Shown: piece after piece, positions 9,619 through 18,345 of the stretch
Layout of the letters: every line of letters starts with the position of its first letter
How positions within the stretch are numbered: the first letter of the stretch is position 1
Source of the DNA: an uncultured Bacteroidia bacterium
GTDB taxonomy: Bacteria > Bacteroidota > Bacteroidia > Bacteroidales > ML635J-15
Reading direction: 5' to 3'
DNA: 64,000 nucleotides
Assembly: GCA_902776565.1 (NCBI GenBank)
Contig: CACYQN010000013.1
Coordinates: 71,357-135,356, forward strand
Made by a program: the position numbers and the translations under genes
Notes under the pieces: model-generated
The model's input: the letters and a program-made list of their open reading frames with translations, nothing else
Databases searched by the model: none
Told to the model about the DNA's origin: nothing

Positions 9619-11031
9619 ATGAAAGATAAAATTGAAAAACTATTGAAAGCGATGTGCGTAGGCACTTTTGAGCGCGAAGAACTTATCGGGCTTTCGTTGC
9701 TAGGAGCCTTGTCGGGCGAATCAATATTTCTGCTTGGACTACCTGGTGTCGGCAAAAGTATGGTAGCCCGCAGGCTGAAGATGGCGTTCAAGGATAGCCG
9801 AAGTTTCGAATACCTGATGAGTAGGTTCTCCATCCCCGATGAGATTTTCGGTCCTGTCAGCATAAGCAAGCTGAAGGACAGCGATTCGTATGAGAGGGTT
9901 GTCGATGGGTATTTGCCGACTGCCGATGTGGTTTTCCTCGACGAGATATGGAAGGCCGGTCCTGCAATTCAGAACTCTCTGCTAACCGTACTCAACGAAA
10001 AAATCTACCATAATGGCGACAAGGATATGCGCTTGCCTTTGAAAGCCGTGATTTCAGCTTCAAACGAATTACCCGCCGAAGACGAAGGTCTTGAGGCAAT
10101 GTGGGACCGTTTCCTAATCCGCTATGTGGTGAAGCCGATTTCTGACAAGTGGAATTTCATTAGTTTGATTACAGAAAAGCCAGAAGATTGTGTAATTCCT
10201 GATAATCTGCAAATTACAACGGATGAATTTGATGAGATTCGAAGCGGTGTACAGAATGTAACTATACCGTGGGAAATAGGGGAAGTCATTTTTTCTATCC
10301 GTGAAAAGCTTGAGGATGAGAGGTTGAACCAGAAAACAGACAGCGACACCGATACCGCTTTGCTTGAACCTCCATACGTTTCGGACAGGCGTTGGAAAAA
10401 GGCTATGGGTGTTTTGCAGACATCGGCATTCCTGAATGGTCGTACTGCCGTTGATATGTCCGATTGTGTGCTGCTGGTTCATATTTTGTGGGATAACGAT
10501 AATCAGATTTCTTCTATAGAAAAGCTTGTGGCTCAGGTTGTTGTCGGTAGTTTTATGAAATATAGGGATGATGTCTTGAGGTCGGTCGAGGGTATGGAAT
10601 TTTCAAAGCCTGTTGGAGAGCCTATTTCCCCCGATGGAAAGCACTATGTTTTTATGGTTGGTAACGAGGAGATTCTAATTGCAAAAGATGATTATGAGAA
10701 TCTGTCAACCAAGGAGATAAGTTATGCCCTATTGACCGATGACAGCCGTATGCAGATAAGCGGTCAGCCTACAAGCCTGCGTGTAAAAAAGACTGCGGAC
10801 GGACTGTCGGTCAACAATTTTTCGTATCCGTTGAAACGAAATTCAAATCTGCGTTCGGGGTCGGTAAAGGCTATGCTTGATAGGGTTAACGGAGAAGTTG
10901 ACCAGTTGGAGCAGTGTTTCAGGGAGATGGTTGACGCAAATATTTTCCTGCTTCCATATAACGATTGTGCGTTTCTGAAAAAGGCGTTCGGTGATTATCG
11001 GGAAAAGATTAATCGTAAGGGATATCGATGA
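9619..11031 (+). CDS. ravA: RavA-like MoxR-family AAA+ ATPase
   Basis: Near-collinear with E. coli RavA as I remember it: 'LLGALSGESIFLLGLPGVGKSMVARRLK', 'FEYLMSRFSIPDEIFGP', 'VVFLDEIWKAGPAIQNSLLTVLNEK', 'SASNELP'. I chose the ATG at 9619; the track start at 9577 overlaps the SNF2 gene. Confidence 0.8.
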   Translation: MKDKIEKLLKAMCVGTFEREELIGLSLLGALSGESIFLLGLPGVGKSMVARRLKMAFKDSRSFEYLMSRFSIPDEIFGPVSISKLKDSDSYERVVDGYLPTADVVFLDEIWKAGPAIQNSLLTVLNEKIYHNGDKDMRLPLKAVISASNELPAEDEGLEAMWDRFLIRYVVKPISDKWNFISLITEKPEDCVIPDNLQITTDEFDEIRSGVQNVTIPWEIGEVIFSIREKLEDERLNQKTDSDTDTALLEPPYVSDRRWKKAMGVLQTSAFLNGRTAVDMSDCVLLVHILWDNDNQISSIEKLVAQVVVGSFMKYRDDVLRSVEGMEFSKPVGEPISPDGKHYVFMVGNEEILIAKDDYENLSTKEISYALLTDDSRMQISGQPTSLRVKKTADGLSVNNFSYPLKRNSNLRSGSVKAMLDRVNGEVDQLEQCFREMVDANIFLLPYNDCAFLKKAFGDYREKINRKGYR

Positions 11032-12392
11032 AATATAGTGTGTTGATACGGAAGTTGCTGGTAGCATCTGAACAGGCTCGTTATAGCCACGAGGAGATTG
11101 CCGACAAGTTGAGTTACCGTTGTGTGGATGGTGCCGACATAATACGGCAGACACTTATGAACGCCGTTTGCGACCCGCGTTTCAAGATGCACGTGTCGGT
11201 TATTCCACGATGGAAAGTCGATGCGCAGGAATGGCTTGAGCGTTTTGCCGAAAGGCTGATGTCAATAGGTAATTTGACCGAAGATGTTGCTCTTTGCGAG
11301 ATGAACGAGATGCTTGACGCTTGGTTAAGACGGGCTGTGGATTCTGCATATATTGTTGATAGGCAAAGTTTTGTGTGGTCGGAAAAAACTGGCAAAAGCG
11401 GTTTGCAGAATGTATTGGATGGATTTGTTGGTGAGTCATCGGGCGATAGTGATGGAAATAAGCCTGATTTGCAGAGGATTCTGGAAGCGGGCGAAGCATC
11501 ATCTGACAATGAAGGAAACGGACAGGGACGAGGTTTCGGACAGGGGCATCAAAAGAAACTGGAAGACAATTACCTTAAAAATATTCCGCCGTCGTTGATT
11601 CGCCTGGCAAAGCTGATAGGCAGGTCTGGCGACGATATTATGTCGGGGACTTCGTTCCCGAATGCAACTAAAAGCGATATAGATGGCATTTCTGTCGGCA
11701 ACGACCTTGGAAGTCTGCTGCAGTCGGAGTTGGCGTTGCTTTCCGAACCAGCTACACAAGACCTTTTTTATCGCAACTATGTCACACGGCGTTTGCAGGT
11801 GTTTTCATCGGCATCGCACGACACAAACAAGGGGCAAAAGCATAACGAAGGACCTATAATAATCTGTATGGATTCAAGCAGTTCGATGGACGGTATGCCT
11901 ATTTTGGTGGCGAAGGCTTTGACCGTTGCCTTGTGCATAATAGCACAGCGTAAAAAGCGGAAGGTGATTGTCGTAAAATACTCCGATTCGTACGAAATGT
12001 ATAAGCTTGACAACTTGGCGATTCAGAAGAAGGAGCTGATGGCGTTTCTTGGTAGTGTTGATATGGGAGGCAACAACGAGGATGGAATGTTCAGGTGGCT
12101 GTTCAATGAAGTGTTGCCCGATTTCGGTGAATTTGATACTGCCGACCTTCTGTGCATATCCGATTTCGGCTGGACTCCGATTAGCAGAGAAGTCAAGGAC
12201 TTGATAGATTCCGAAAAAGCGAAGGGAATGAAGGTTTATGGTCTTAACATCGGTGAAGATTATGGTGCACATTCGTTTCTTTTCGATTATGATTTTGATG
12301 GCGATAGTATAACTCCAGCGGATGTCTGCGATTCGTTGTGGAGATTTTCGGATGGGGTTTGCGAAGAGGAGACTGAAGAAAATAACAAGTAA
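11028..12392 (+). CDS. viaA: ViaA-like protein with a C-terminal von Willebrand factor A domain
   Basis: 4-nt ATGA overlap with the RavA-like gene. MIDAS-type motif 'IIICMDSSSSMDG'. The size and C-terminal VWA placement match ViaA. Confidence 0.7.
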   Translation: MKYSVLIRKLLVASEQARYSHEEIADKLSYRCVDGADIIRQTLMNAVCDPRFKMHVSVIPRWKVDAQEWLERFAERLMSIGNLTEDVALCEMNEMLDAWLRRAVDSAYIVDRQSFVWSEKTGKSGLQNVLDGFVGESSGDSDGNKPDLQRILEAGEASSDNEGNGQGRGFGQGHQKKLEDNYLKNIPPSLIRLAKLIGRSGDDIMSGTSFPNATKSDIDGISVGNDLGSLLQSELALLSEPATQDLFYRNYVTRRLQVFSSASHDTNKGQKHNEGPIIICMDSSSSMDGMPILVAKALTVALCIIAQRKKRKVIVVKYSDSYEMYKLDNLAIQKKELMAFLGSVDMGGNNEDGMFRWLFNEVLPDFGEFDTADLLCISDFGWTPISREVKDLIDSEKAKGMKVYGLNIGEDYGAHSFLFDYDFDGDSITPADVCDSLWRFSDGVCEEETEENNK

Positions 12393-12515
12393 AAGGTTCT
12401 TGAATTACAAGTTTTCTTGCAATTCTACAAAAATCCAAAATTTCCATTTTTCGTTTCCAGCCTAATGTACTATATTTGCAGTTTATTTTTAATATGGAAT
12501 TTTGACTTTTACGAT

Positions 12516-12797
12516 ATGGCAAAGATTGAAAATCAGAATGAAAAAGCAATTTCCGAAAACGGAAAAAACGGCTTTGCTCTTGGAAAGAAGAACTATATCG
12601 CGCTTGCAATAGGCTTTGCAATACTTGTTATAGGCTACGCACTTATGTCGGGTGGTGCATCTACAGACCCCAACGTGTTCAATGGTGACGAAATATTCAG
12701 TTTCCGCCGCATAACGCTTGCTCCGATAGTGCTGATAATTGGCTTTGCAGTTGAAATTTTTGCAATTATGTGGCGTCCGCGCACTAAAAAAGACTAG
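12516..12797 (+). CDS. DUF3098-like small membrane protein
   Basis: Two predicted TM helices, and the conserved Bacteroidetes position just upstream of uppP. I chose the ATG at 12516; a tatatttg -7 box lies upstream of it. Confidence 0.6.
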   Translation: MAKIENQNEKAISENGKNGFALGKKNYIALAIGFAILVIGYALMSGGASTDPNVFNGDEIFSFRRITLAPIVLIIGFAVEIFAIMWRPRTKKD

Positions 12798-12800
12798 CAG

Positions 12801-13601
12801 ATGGATTGGTTAGAAGCATTAATACTTGGTCTTATACAAGGACTTACCGAATATCTGCCAGTGAGCAGCAGCGGACATCTTGCTATCGGTGCAAAACTTT
12901 TCGGGCTTAGCGGCGAGGAAAACCTGGCATTTACGGTTGCAGTACATGTGGCTACAGTGCTTAGTACTTTGGTAATATTGTGGAAAGAAATCGTATGGCT
13001 GTTCAAGGGATTCTTCAAGTTCAAGTGGAACGACGAGATGAAATATGTAGTCAACATTCTGATTTCCATGATTCCCGTTGCCATTGTGGGTTTTCTGTTC
13101 AAGGACACCGTTGAAGAGATTTTCGGTTCGGGACTGCTCGTTGTCGGAATTTGTCTGCTTGTAACAGCTGCTCTGCTTGCATTTGCATATTTTGCAAAAC
13201 CACGCCAGAAGGAAAAAATCTCGATGCTCGATGCCTTTGTCATAGGTATCGCTCAGGCTGTGGCAGTTTTGCCGGGACTTTCGCGTTCGGGAAGCACCAT
13301 AGCCACAGGACTTCTGCTTGGCAACAAGAAGGAAAAGTTGGCTCAGTTCTCGTTCCTTATGGTGATTCCTCCTATCCTTGGCGAAGCATTGCTGGATGTG
13401 CTGAAAATGGCAAAGGGAAGTGCCGATGCAGCGATGAATTCTATTGGATTTTTGCCATTGGCAGTGGGTTTTATCACGGCTTTTGTGGTTGGATGCCTCG
13501 CTTGCAAGTGGATGATAAACATAGTGAAGAAGGGCAAACTGATATGGTTTGCTGTGTATTGCGCCATCGTAGGCCTTGTTTCCATAATTTTCCTCAGCTA
13601 A
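12801..13601 (+). CDS. uppP: Undecaprenyl-diphosphate phosphatase
   Basis: '[27 protein letters not shown]' and '[10 protein letters not shown]' BacA/UppP signatures. Confidence 0.93.
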   Translation: MDWLEALILGLIQGLTEYLPVSSSGHLAIGAKLFGLSGEENLAFTVAVHVATVLSTLVILWKEIVWLFKGFFKFKWNDEMKYVVNILISMIPVAIVGFLFKDTVEEIFGSGLLVVGICLLVTAALLAFAYFAKPRQKEKISMLDAFVIGIAQAVAVLPGLSRSGSTIATGLLLGNKKEKLAQFSFLMVIPPILGEALLDVLKMAKGSADAAMNSIGFLPLAVGFITAFVVGCLACKWMINIVKKGKLIWFAVYCAIVGLVSIIFLS

Positions 13602-14324
13602 ATGGAATATTTCTCGTTCGACAGGTTGCCGGATTTTGAGACTGGCGAAGTCATAATCTTCGACAAGCCCTACTCGTGGACATCGTTTGACGTGGTGAAC
13701 AAGGTGCGCAAGAAAATCAGCGAATATACGGGCATACGCAAGTTCAAGGTTGGTCACGCCGGCACTCTCGACCCGCTTGCAACGGGATTGCTTATTCTTT
13801 GTACTGGCAAGAAAACCAAGCTGATAGAGGAACTGCAGGGTGGCACGAAGGTTTATGAAGCCGAGTTTTGCCTTGGTGCGACAACGCCGTCGTTCGATTT
13901 GGAGACCAAGATTGACAGGACCTTTGATATTTCGGGCATTACCGAGGACGATGTTCGCAAGGCTCTTGCAAGACTTTGCGGCGAACGCGAACAGATGCCA
14001 CCTGTGTATTCTGCTGTTCAGGTAAACGGAAAACGTGCCTACGAATTTGCACGTAAAGGTCGTACAGTGGAGCTGAAGCACAAGAAAATAACAGTTTACG
14101 ACATCATGGTTAACAGGATGGAATTCCCGCTCATTGATGTGACAATAACTTGTAGCAAAGGTACTTACATCCGCTCGTTAGCCGACGAGTTTGGCAGAAG
14201 CCTCGGCAATGGTGCCTACCTTAAATCACTCCGCAGGACACGAAGTGGCGAAGCCGACATCAGCAAGGCTGTGAAGCTTGAAGAGTTTGTCGGATATATG
14301 GAACGGCTGATAGGGGAGAAATAA
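13602..14324 (+). CDS. truB: tRNA pseudouridine(55) synthase
   Basis: 'KVGHAGTLDPLATGLLILCTG' catalytic-Asp motif; TruB length. Confidence 0.93.
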   Translation: MEYFSFDRLPDFETGEVIIFDKPYSWTSFDVVNKVRKKISEYTGIRKFKVGHAGTLDPLATGLLILCTGKKTKLIEELQGGTKVYEAEFCLGATTPSFDLETKIDRTFDISGITEDDVRKALARLCGEREQMPPVYSAVQVNGKRAYEFARKGRTVELKHKKITVYDIMVNRMEFPLIDVTITCSKGTYIRSLADEFGRSLGNGAYLKSLRRTRSGEADISKAVKLEEFVGYMERLIGEK

Positions 14325-14397
14325 CATTTATCATATTGCAAAGGATTCATAAAAAAACAATATATTTGCAGACATAAACTTTAATTATTTTAACCAA

Positions 14398-14799
14398 ATG
14401 AGAAAAATTTTATTAATTATTGCAAGTGCTTTATTTTTAACACTTATGGGTGTGTCATGCTGCGATTGCGATTGTGGCGACAAGGGTAATGGTGAAAATT
14501 CTAACGCTACGACAGAAACGGTAGAAGAAACTAAGGGTACTGACGCTACTCAAACTACAGAAGCACCAAAAGCTCAGGCACAAGAGAAAAATTTACTTAT
14601 TAAAAGGGCAGACATCGATAAGGTAAACAAATTCATCGATGAAGGAAAATGCGATGATGCTGTAGCTGTAATCAATAGCTGGACGGATAAAAGACCTGAC
14701 GATGGCATAAAGCTCTTAAGAGACATTAACATTGGCGGTGCTTGCACCAAGGAAGTTGGTGATGCTATCAACGCACTGAATGCTAGCATAAATAAGTAA
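14398..14799 (+). CDS. Hypothetical lipoprotein
   Basis: Signal peptide with a Cys-rich lipobox region 'LMGVSCCDC'. No family recognised. Confidence 0.55.
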   Translation: MRKILLIIASALFLTLMGVSCCDCDCGDKGNGENSNATTETVEETKGTDATQTTEAPKAQAQEKNLLIKRADIDKVNKFIDEGKCDDAVAVINSWTDKRPDDGIKLLRDINIGGACTKEVGDAINALNASINK

Positions 14800-14825
14800 A
14801 ACATTTCATTTATAGCGAATAAATT

Positions 14826-14850
14826 AGCCACCGATGAGGTGGCTTTTTTG
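14826..14850 (+). terminator. Intrinsic terminator
   Basis: Stem agccacc (14826-14832) / ggtggct (14838-14844), followed by a T-run. Confidence 0.75.
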
Positions 14851-14881
14851 TGTATAAGGTTACTTGTGGCGTAGTTATCTT

Positions 14882-15256
14882 GGAACAGCCGACACATCGG
14901 GTGGAGTTATGTTATAACATAAATGTAAATGACTATCAGCTTTAACATTCCGCTCTAGCCGCGGGGGCTTTTACTTTTTTGTTGGCAAAAAAGTAAACAA
15001 AAAACCATGTCCGCTGAGTCTGCTTCGCTAAAAATCGGCTACACTTCGCTAAAAATCAGAAACTTGTCTCCGTTTCACTCCGTCTTCAAACAGACTGATT
15101 TTTTACGCTTCGTTCCTCCGATTTTCTTAACGCTCACCAGCCAAGGCGGCAATCAAGGTATCGCCAAAGGCGATGTGTAAAAACGAAATCCGTCTTCGAG
15201 AGATTCCGTTATTAACATTGCCACTATAAATCTCCACCCACTTTTTCCGCTGTCCC
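14882..15256. mobile_element. MITE-like non-autonomous element (375 bp) with 25-bp imperfect TIRs and an 8-bp target-site duplication
   Basis: TIRs ggaacagccgacacatcgggtggag (14882-14906) versus the reverse complement of ctccacccactttttccgctgtccc (15232-15256), 19/25 identical. Flanking direct repeat gttatctt at 14874-14881 and 15257-15264. No ORF inside. Internal 12-bp hairpin tttacttttttg/caaaaaagtaaa. Confidence 0.7.
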
Positions 15257-15315
15257 GTTATCTTGTGCGTCATTTGCAATTAAACCAATATCTTTGTGCG
15301 GAAATCGGTATAGGT

Positions 15316-15924
15316 ATGAAGCAGATATTTTTGATTGATTACGAGAATGTAGGTTTGGCGGGTCTTACTGGCATATCCAAGTTGGGAAGCGATGACGAGC
15401 TGGTTATCTTTTATTCGGGCGACATTTCGGTAGTAAAGGAGCTTTTAAGCGCATACAAGGACAGGGGTGTCAAGATAAGTTATGAATGTCTTTCGTATGC
15501 TGGAAAAAACGCGCTCGATTTTATGGTTTCGGTGCGTGCGGGATACGAGTGCCGTGCCAGAAGCAAGAAGGAAATCCATATTGTGTCCAAGGACAACGGG
15601 TATAAGTCGGCTTTGGTTTATGCAACAAAGCTAAACAAAAATGTTGTGGTGGACTCGTATGTGAATATAGCCAATAAAAAGCTGGAACCAGCCAAGATTG
15701 ACTGGCAATCGGTGTTGCCGGAATCAAAAGAAGCCCGCAGGGAAAAATATCAGAAGCTACTTTCGGCTACAGATGTTCCGAAGAAATACCACGAGCAGTT
15801 GGTAAGTGCCTTAATGTCAAGCAGGACAATCGAAAGTTTCAAGACAAAAGTATGGAAGGCATTAGGCAAAAAGAATCTAGAGTATGTTGATGCTGTCTTG
15901 AAGTGCTATGGTTGTGTAGAATAG
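15316..15924 (+). CDS. NYN/PIN-like domain protein (putative RNase fold)
   Basis: N-terminus 'IFLIDYENVGL...VIFYSG...GKNALDFMV...IHIVSKDNGY' resembles LabA/NYN-type domains. I chose the ATG at 15316 over the track start. Confidence 0.5.
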   Translation: MKQIFLIDYENVGLAGLTGISKLGSDDELVIFYSGDISVVKELLSAYKDRGVKISYECLSYAGKNALDFMVSVRAGYECRARSKKEIHIVSKDNGYKSALVYATKLNKNVVVDSYVNIANKKLEPAKIDWQSVLPESKEARREKYQKLLSATDVPKKYHEQLVSALMSSRTIESFKTKVWKALGKKNLEYVDAVLKCYGCVE

Positions 15925-15959
15925 GTTCAAATGAGTTTGCGCATTACAAATGCTGATAT

Positions 15960-15998
15960 TCAAGCGTGTCGGATATATAAATCCGACACGACAAGTGG
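15960..15998. repeat. Left copy of a perfect 39-bp direct repeat containing a 9-bp-stem hairpin
   Basis: tcaagcgtgtcggatatataaatccgacacgacaagtgg is identical to 18251-18289. Hairpin gtgtcggat/atccgacac. Confidence 0.9.
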
Positions 15999-16057
15999 AC
16001 TATTATAATCTGCCGCTGGTTCGGTGCCCAGTCTGCACAACCCATTCGCCGCTTTCG

Positions 16058-16091
16058 AAAAAAAAACGCCGCCCGATGGAGCAGCGTTTTT
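16058..16091 (-). terminator. Intrinsic terminator of the GC-rich lipocalin-like gene
   Basis: On the minus strand: stem cgctgc/gcggcg (with one G-U pair) followed by a T9 run. Confidence 0.6.
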
Positions 16092-16112
16092 CTTATTGTC
16101 AATTCTAAAATG

Positions 16113-17171
16113 TCAGACGTGCGCCGCCGGGTCAGGCATACCCATATAGGCATACTCATAAATCATATCGCCGTTAGCCTCACGGGTTGTGCCGCCGGCA
16201 GGGGTGAATCGTACACCGCCCTTGGCGTAGTAGCGGCAATACTGCATACGCATTCCGATGGCATCGTAGCGCTTGCGCAGCTCCTTGCCGGCCATCTCGT
16301 ACATGTCCCAGAACTCGAGCTGGTCCTTCCACTCGACGTCGAACTCGGCACGCGAGCAGTCAGCGTTGGTGAAGACATAGTGGCTCTCCTTGGGAAACTC
16401 GCGGCCCTGATGCACCTCGGGTTCCAGACGCGTCTTGAGGTCGAAGTGGCCGTCGGTCATGAAGACCACTTTGCCGGTCTTGTTGTCCATCAGGCCGAAC
16501 ATAGGCAGCTGCTTGTAGCCGTACTGGCGGGCGGCCACGAAGTCGTAAATATAGATGGTATAGAGGTCGGTGTACATACGGCCCCACAGCCAGTGGTGGT
16601 AGAGGGCGAAGTGCATCGTGTTCATCCACTGGTGGTCGTGGTAGCCGAGTCCGCGGACCTCGTGCCACTCGCCATCGTAGAAGAGGCGGCCGCAGACCTG
16701 GTTCTTGGGCACGGCGAGGTCGGTGTGGTAGAACTCGTCGTTGTCACCAAAGGCCAGCAGCGAGGTGCCCTGGCGGAAGGGCTCGGTGAGGGCGTCGTAG
16801 TGCAGGTCGAGACCCACTCCGTGGACGGGCTCGAAGTGCAGATCGTAGTGCTTGAAGTCACCACGGCACCAGTGGGGACCCACCTTGGTGTCGCATTGTT
16901 CGCGGCTGAAGCTGCCCTCGGCGGCGGGGTAGACGATGTCGTCGCGGAACTCCTTGCCCGCGGGGCTCTTGATGTAGATGTTCACATGTGGCGAGTCGAC
17001 CGGCTTGGTCATGCCGTCCATCGACTTGGGACGGTAGCCGACCATGAACTTGGTGCCGTCGTCCATCGTGCCGTCGAAGTACCACACCTCGCTGCCCACC
17101 TCCTCGGTGCGCGTGCGGCGTCCGTCTTCCCAGGTCTCCACCTTTTCTGGGTTGATGCCAAGGCGTTCCAT
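16113..17171 (-). CDS. Lipocalin-like / AttH-CrtC-like (hydroxyneurosporene-synthase family) domain protein
   Basis: 'GLGYHDHQW' and 'WLWGRMY' motifs typical of the AttH/CrtC-like family. The fully open antisense ORF (16110..17186 +) is a consequence of high G+C. Confidence 0.65.
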   Translation of the reverse strand: MERLGINPEKVETWEDGRRTRTEEVGSEVWYFDGTMDDGTKFMVGYRPKSMDGMTKPVDSPHVNIYIKSPAGKEFRDDIVYPAAEGSFSREQCDTKVGPHWCRGDFKHYDLHFEPVHGVGLDLHYDALTEPFRQGTSLLAFGDNDEFYHTDLAVPKNQVCGRLFYDGEWHEVRGLGYHDHQWMNTMHFALYHHWLWGRMYTDLYTIYIYDFVAARQYGYKQLPMFGLMDNKTGKVVFMTDGHFDLKTRLEPEVHQGREFPKESHYVFTNADCSRAEFDVEWKDQLEFWDMYEMAGKELRKRYDAIGMRMQYCRYYAKGGVRFTPAGGTTREANGDMIYEYAYMGMPDPAAHV

Positions 17172-17346
17172 AACTTTTTAATTTAAAATGATTAATAAAA
17201 ACTTCTTATGCTTTATTTCACAATGCAAAAGTGCCACGAATAAATGACCTAAAATCTCGCTATCCAAGGCAAAAATGTCGAAATCCTACGATTTAGATAT
17301 AATAATATATATTTTTATTCGTTATTATAGCCAAAACGCAATAACT

Positions 17347-18180
17347 ATGGATATACGCAACCTTGATGCGCAGACGGCTCTCAACGAGCTGGTGCGCCAC
17401 GGATACCGCCACGCGGGTGACTACGGTATTATGATGAATGCACGTATGCAGGCGAACGGTTTTTTCCGCCAAGGGCAGCCCTATCGTGCCGTTGACGGCC
17501 GTGTCGTGGTGGTGCAGCAGGGCAAGATGACGCTGGAGATAGACTTGGTGGAATACCGTCTGCAGGAGGGCGACATTGCGGTGATGATGCCCGACGCCTT
17601 GGTGATGGCCACAGACATCGGTGCTGACAGCGTGGCCAGTGCTGTCATCTTCCGTCGGCTGCCATCGCAGGCCGCTCAGGCGGAAAGTTTCGTGCTGTCG
17701 GGCGACGACGTGGCCTACAGCCGTGTGAAGCAATACCTTGCTATGATTTTTGAGCAATTCAACCGCAACACCGTTTTCAGTGATATCATTGTCCATTTCT
17801 TCGATGCCTTGATTCTCGATATGCTGAGTCTTCACACGGAGGTCATTGCATCTCGTGACGATGGTTTTATGCACCGATTTATACACTTGCTCAGTCAGGA
17901 TGGTCGCGAGAAGCACCCCATCGACTTCTACGCCGAACGCCTCTGCGTCTCGCCCAACCATCTGAGCACCCTTGTGAGGAGTGAAAGCGGTATGACTGTT
18001 CTTCAATGGATAGATAGAGCCCTGGTGCGTGAAGCCAAGGTGCTATTGCATCACACACAGATGCCCATTGCCGAAGTGGCTGATACCCTTGGCTTTTCCA
18101 CACCGTCGTCCTTCATTCACTTCTTCAAACAGCAGACCGGTACCACACCGCTTCGATACCGAAAGCAATTATTGAGATAA
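17347..18180 (+). CDS. AraC-family transcriptional regulator
   Basis: C-terminal double HTH 'FYAERLCVSPNHLSTLVRSESGMTVLQWI...IAEVADTLGFSTPSSFIHFFKQQTGTTPLRYR'. I chose the ATG at 17347. Confidence 0.85.
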   Translation: MDIRNLDAQTALNELVRHGYRHAGDYGIMMNARMQANGFFRQGQPYRAVDGRVVVVQQGKMTLEIDLVEYRLQEGDIAVMMPDALVMATDIGADSVASAVIFRRLPSQAAQAESFVLSGDDVAYSRVKQYLAMIFEQFNRNTVFSDIIVHFFDALILDMLSLHTEVIASRDDGFMHRFIHLLSQDGREKHPIDFYAERLCVSPNHLSTLVRSESGMTVLQWIDRALVREAKVLLHHTQMPIAEVADTLGFSTPSSFIHFFKQQTGTTPLRYRKQLLR

Positions 18181-18250
18181 ATACCGTAGCTGCAGAGCCA
18201 GATGTCACAACTGCCAGTGGCACGCGTGGAGCGGCCTTGTGTGTGGGCAA

Positions 18251-18289
18251 TCAAGCGTGTCGGATATATAAATCCGACACGACAAGTGG
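18251..18289. repeat. Right copy of the perfect 39-bp direct repeat
   Basis: Identical to 15960-15998. Confidence 0.9.
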
Positions 18290-18345
18290 CATTCAAACCC
18301 ATAAACGTTGAACCATTTGAACTTTAAACGTTGAACCTTATATTT

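Noticed and set aside
16110-17186. 358-aa plus-strand ORF fully overlapping the lipocalin-like gene
   Set aside because: Its product is a low-complexity Ala/Val/Gly/His/Leu-rich sequence with no motifs. The minus-strand frame has family-typical motifs (HDHQW). The open antisense frame is expected at about 65% G+C.
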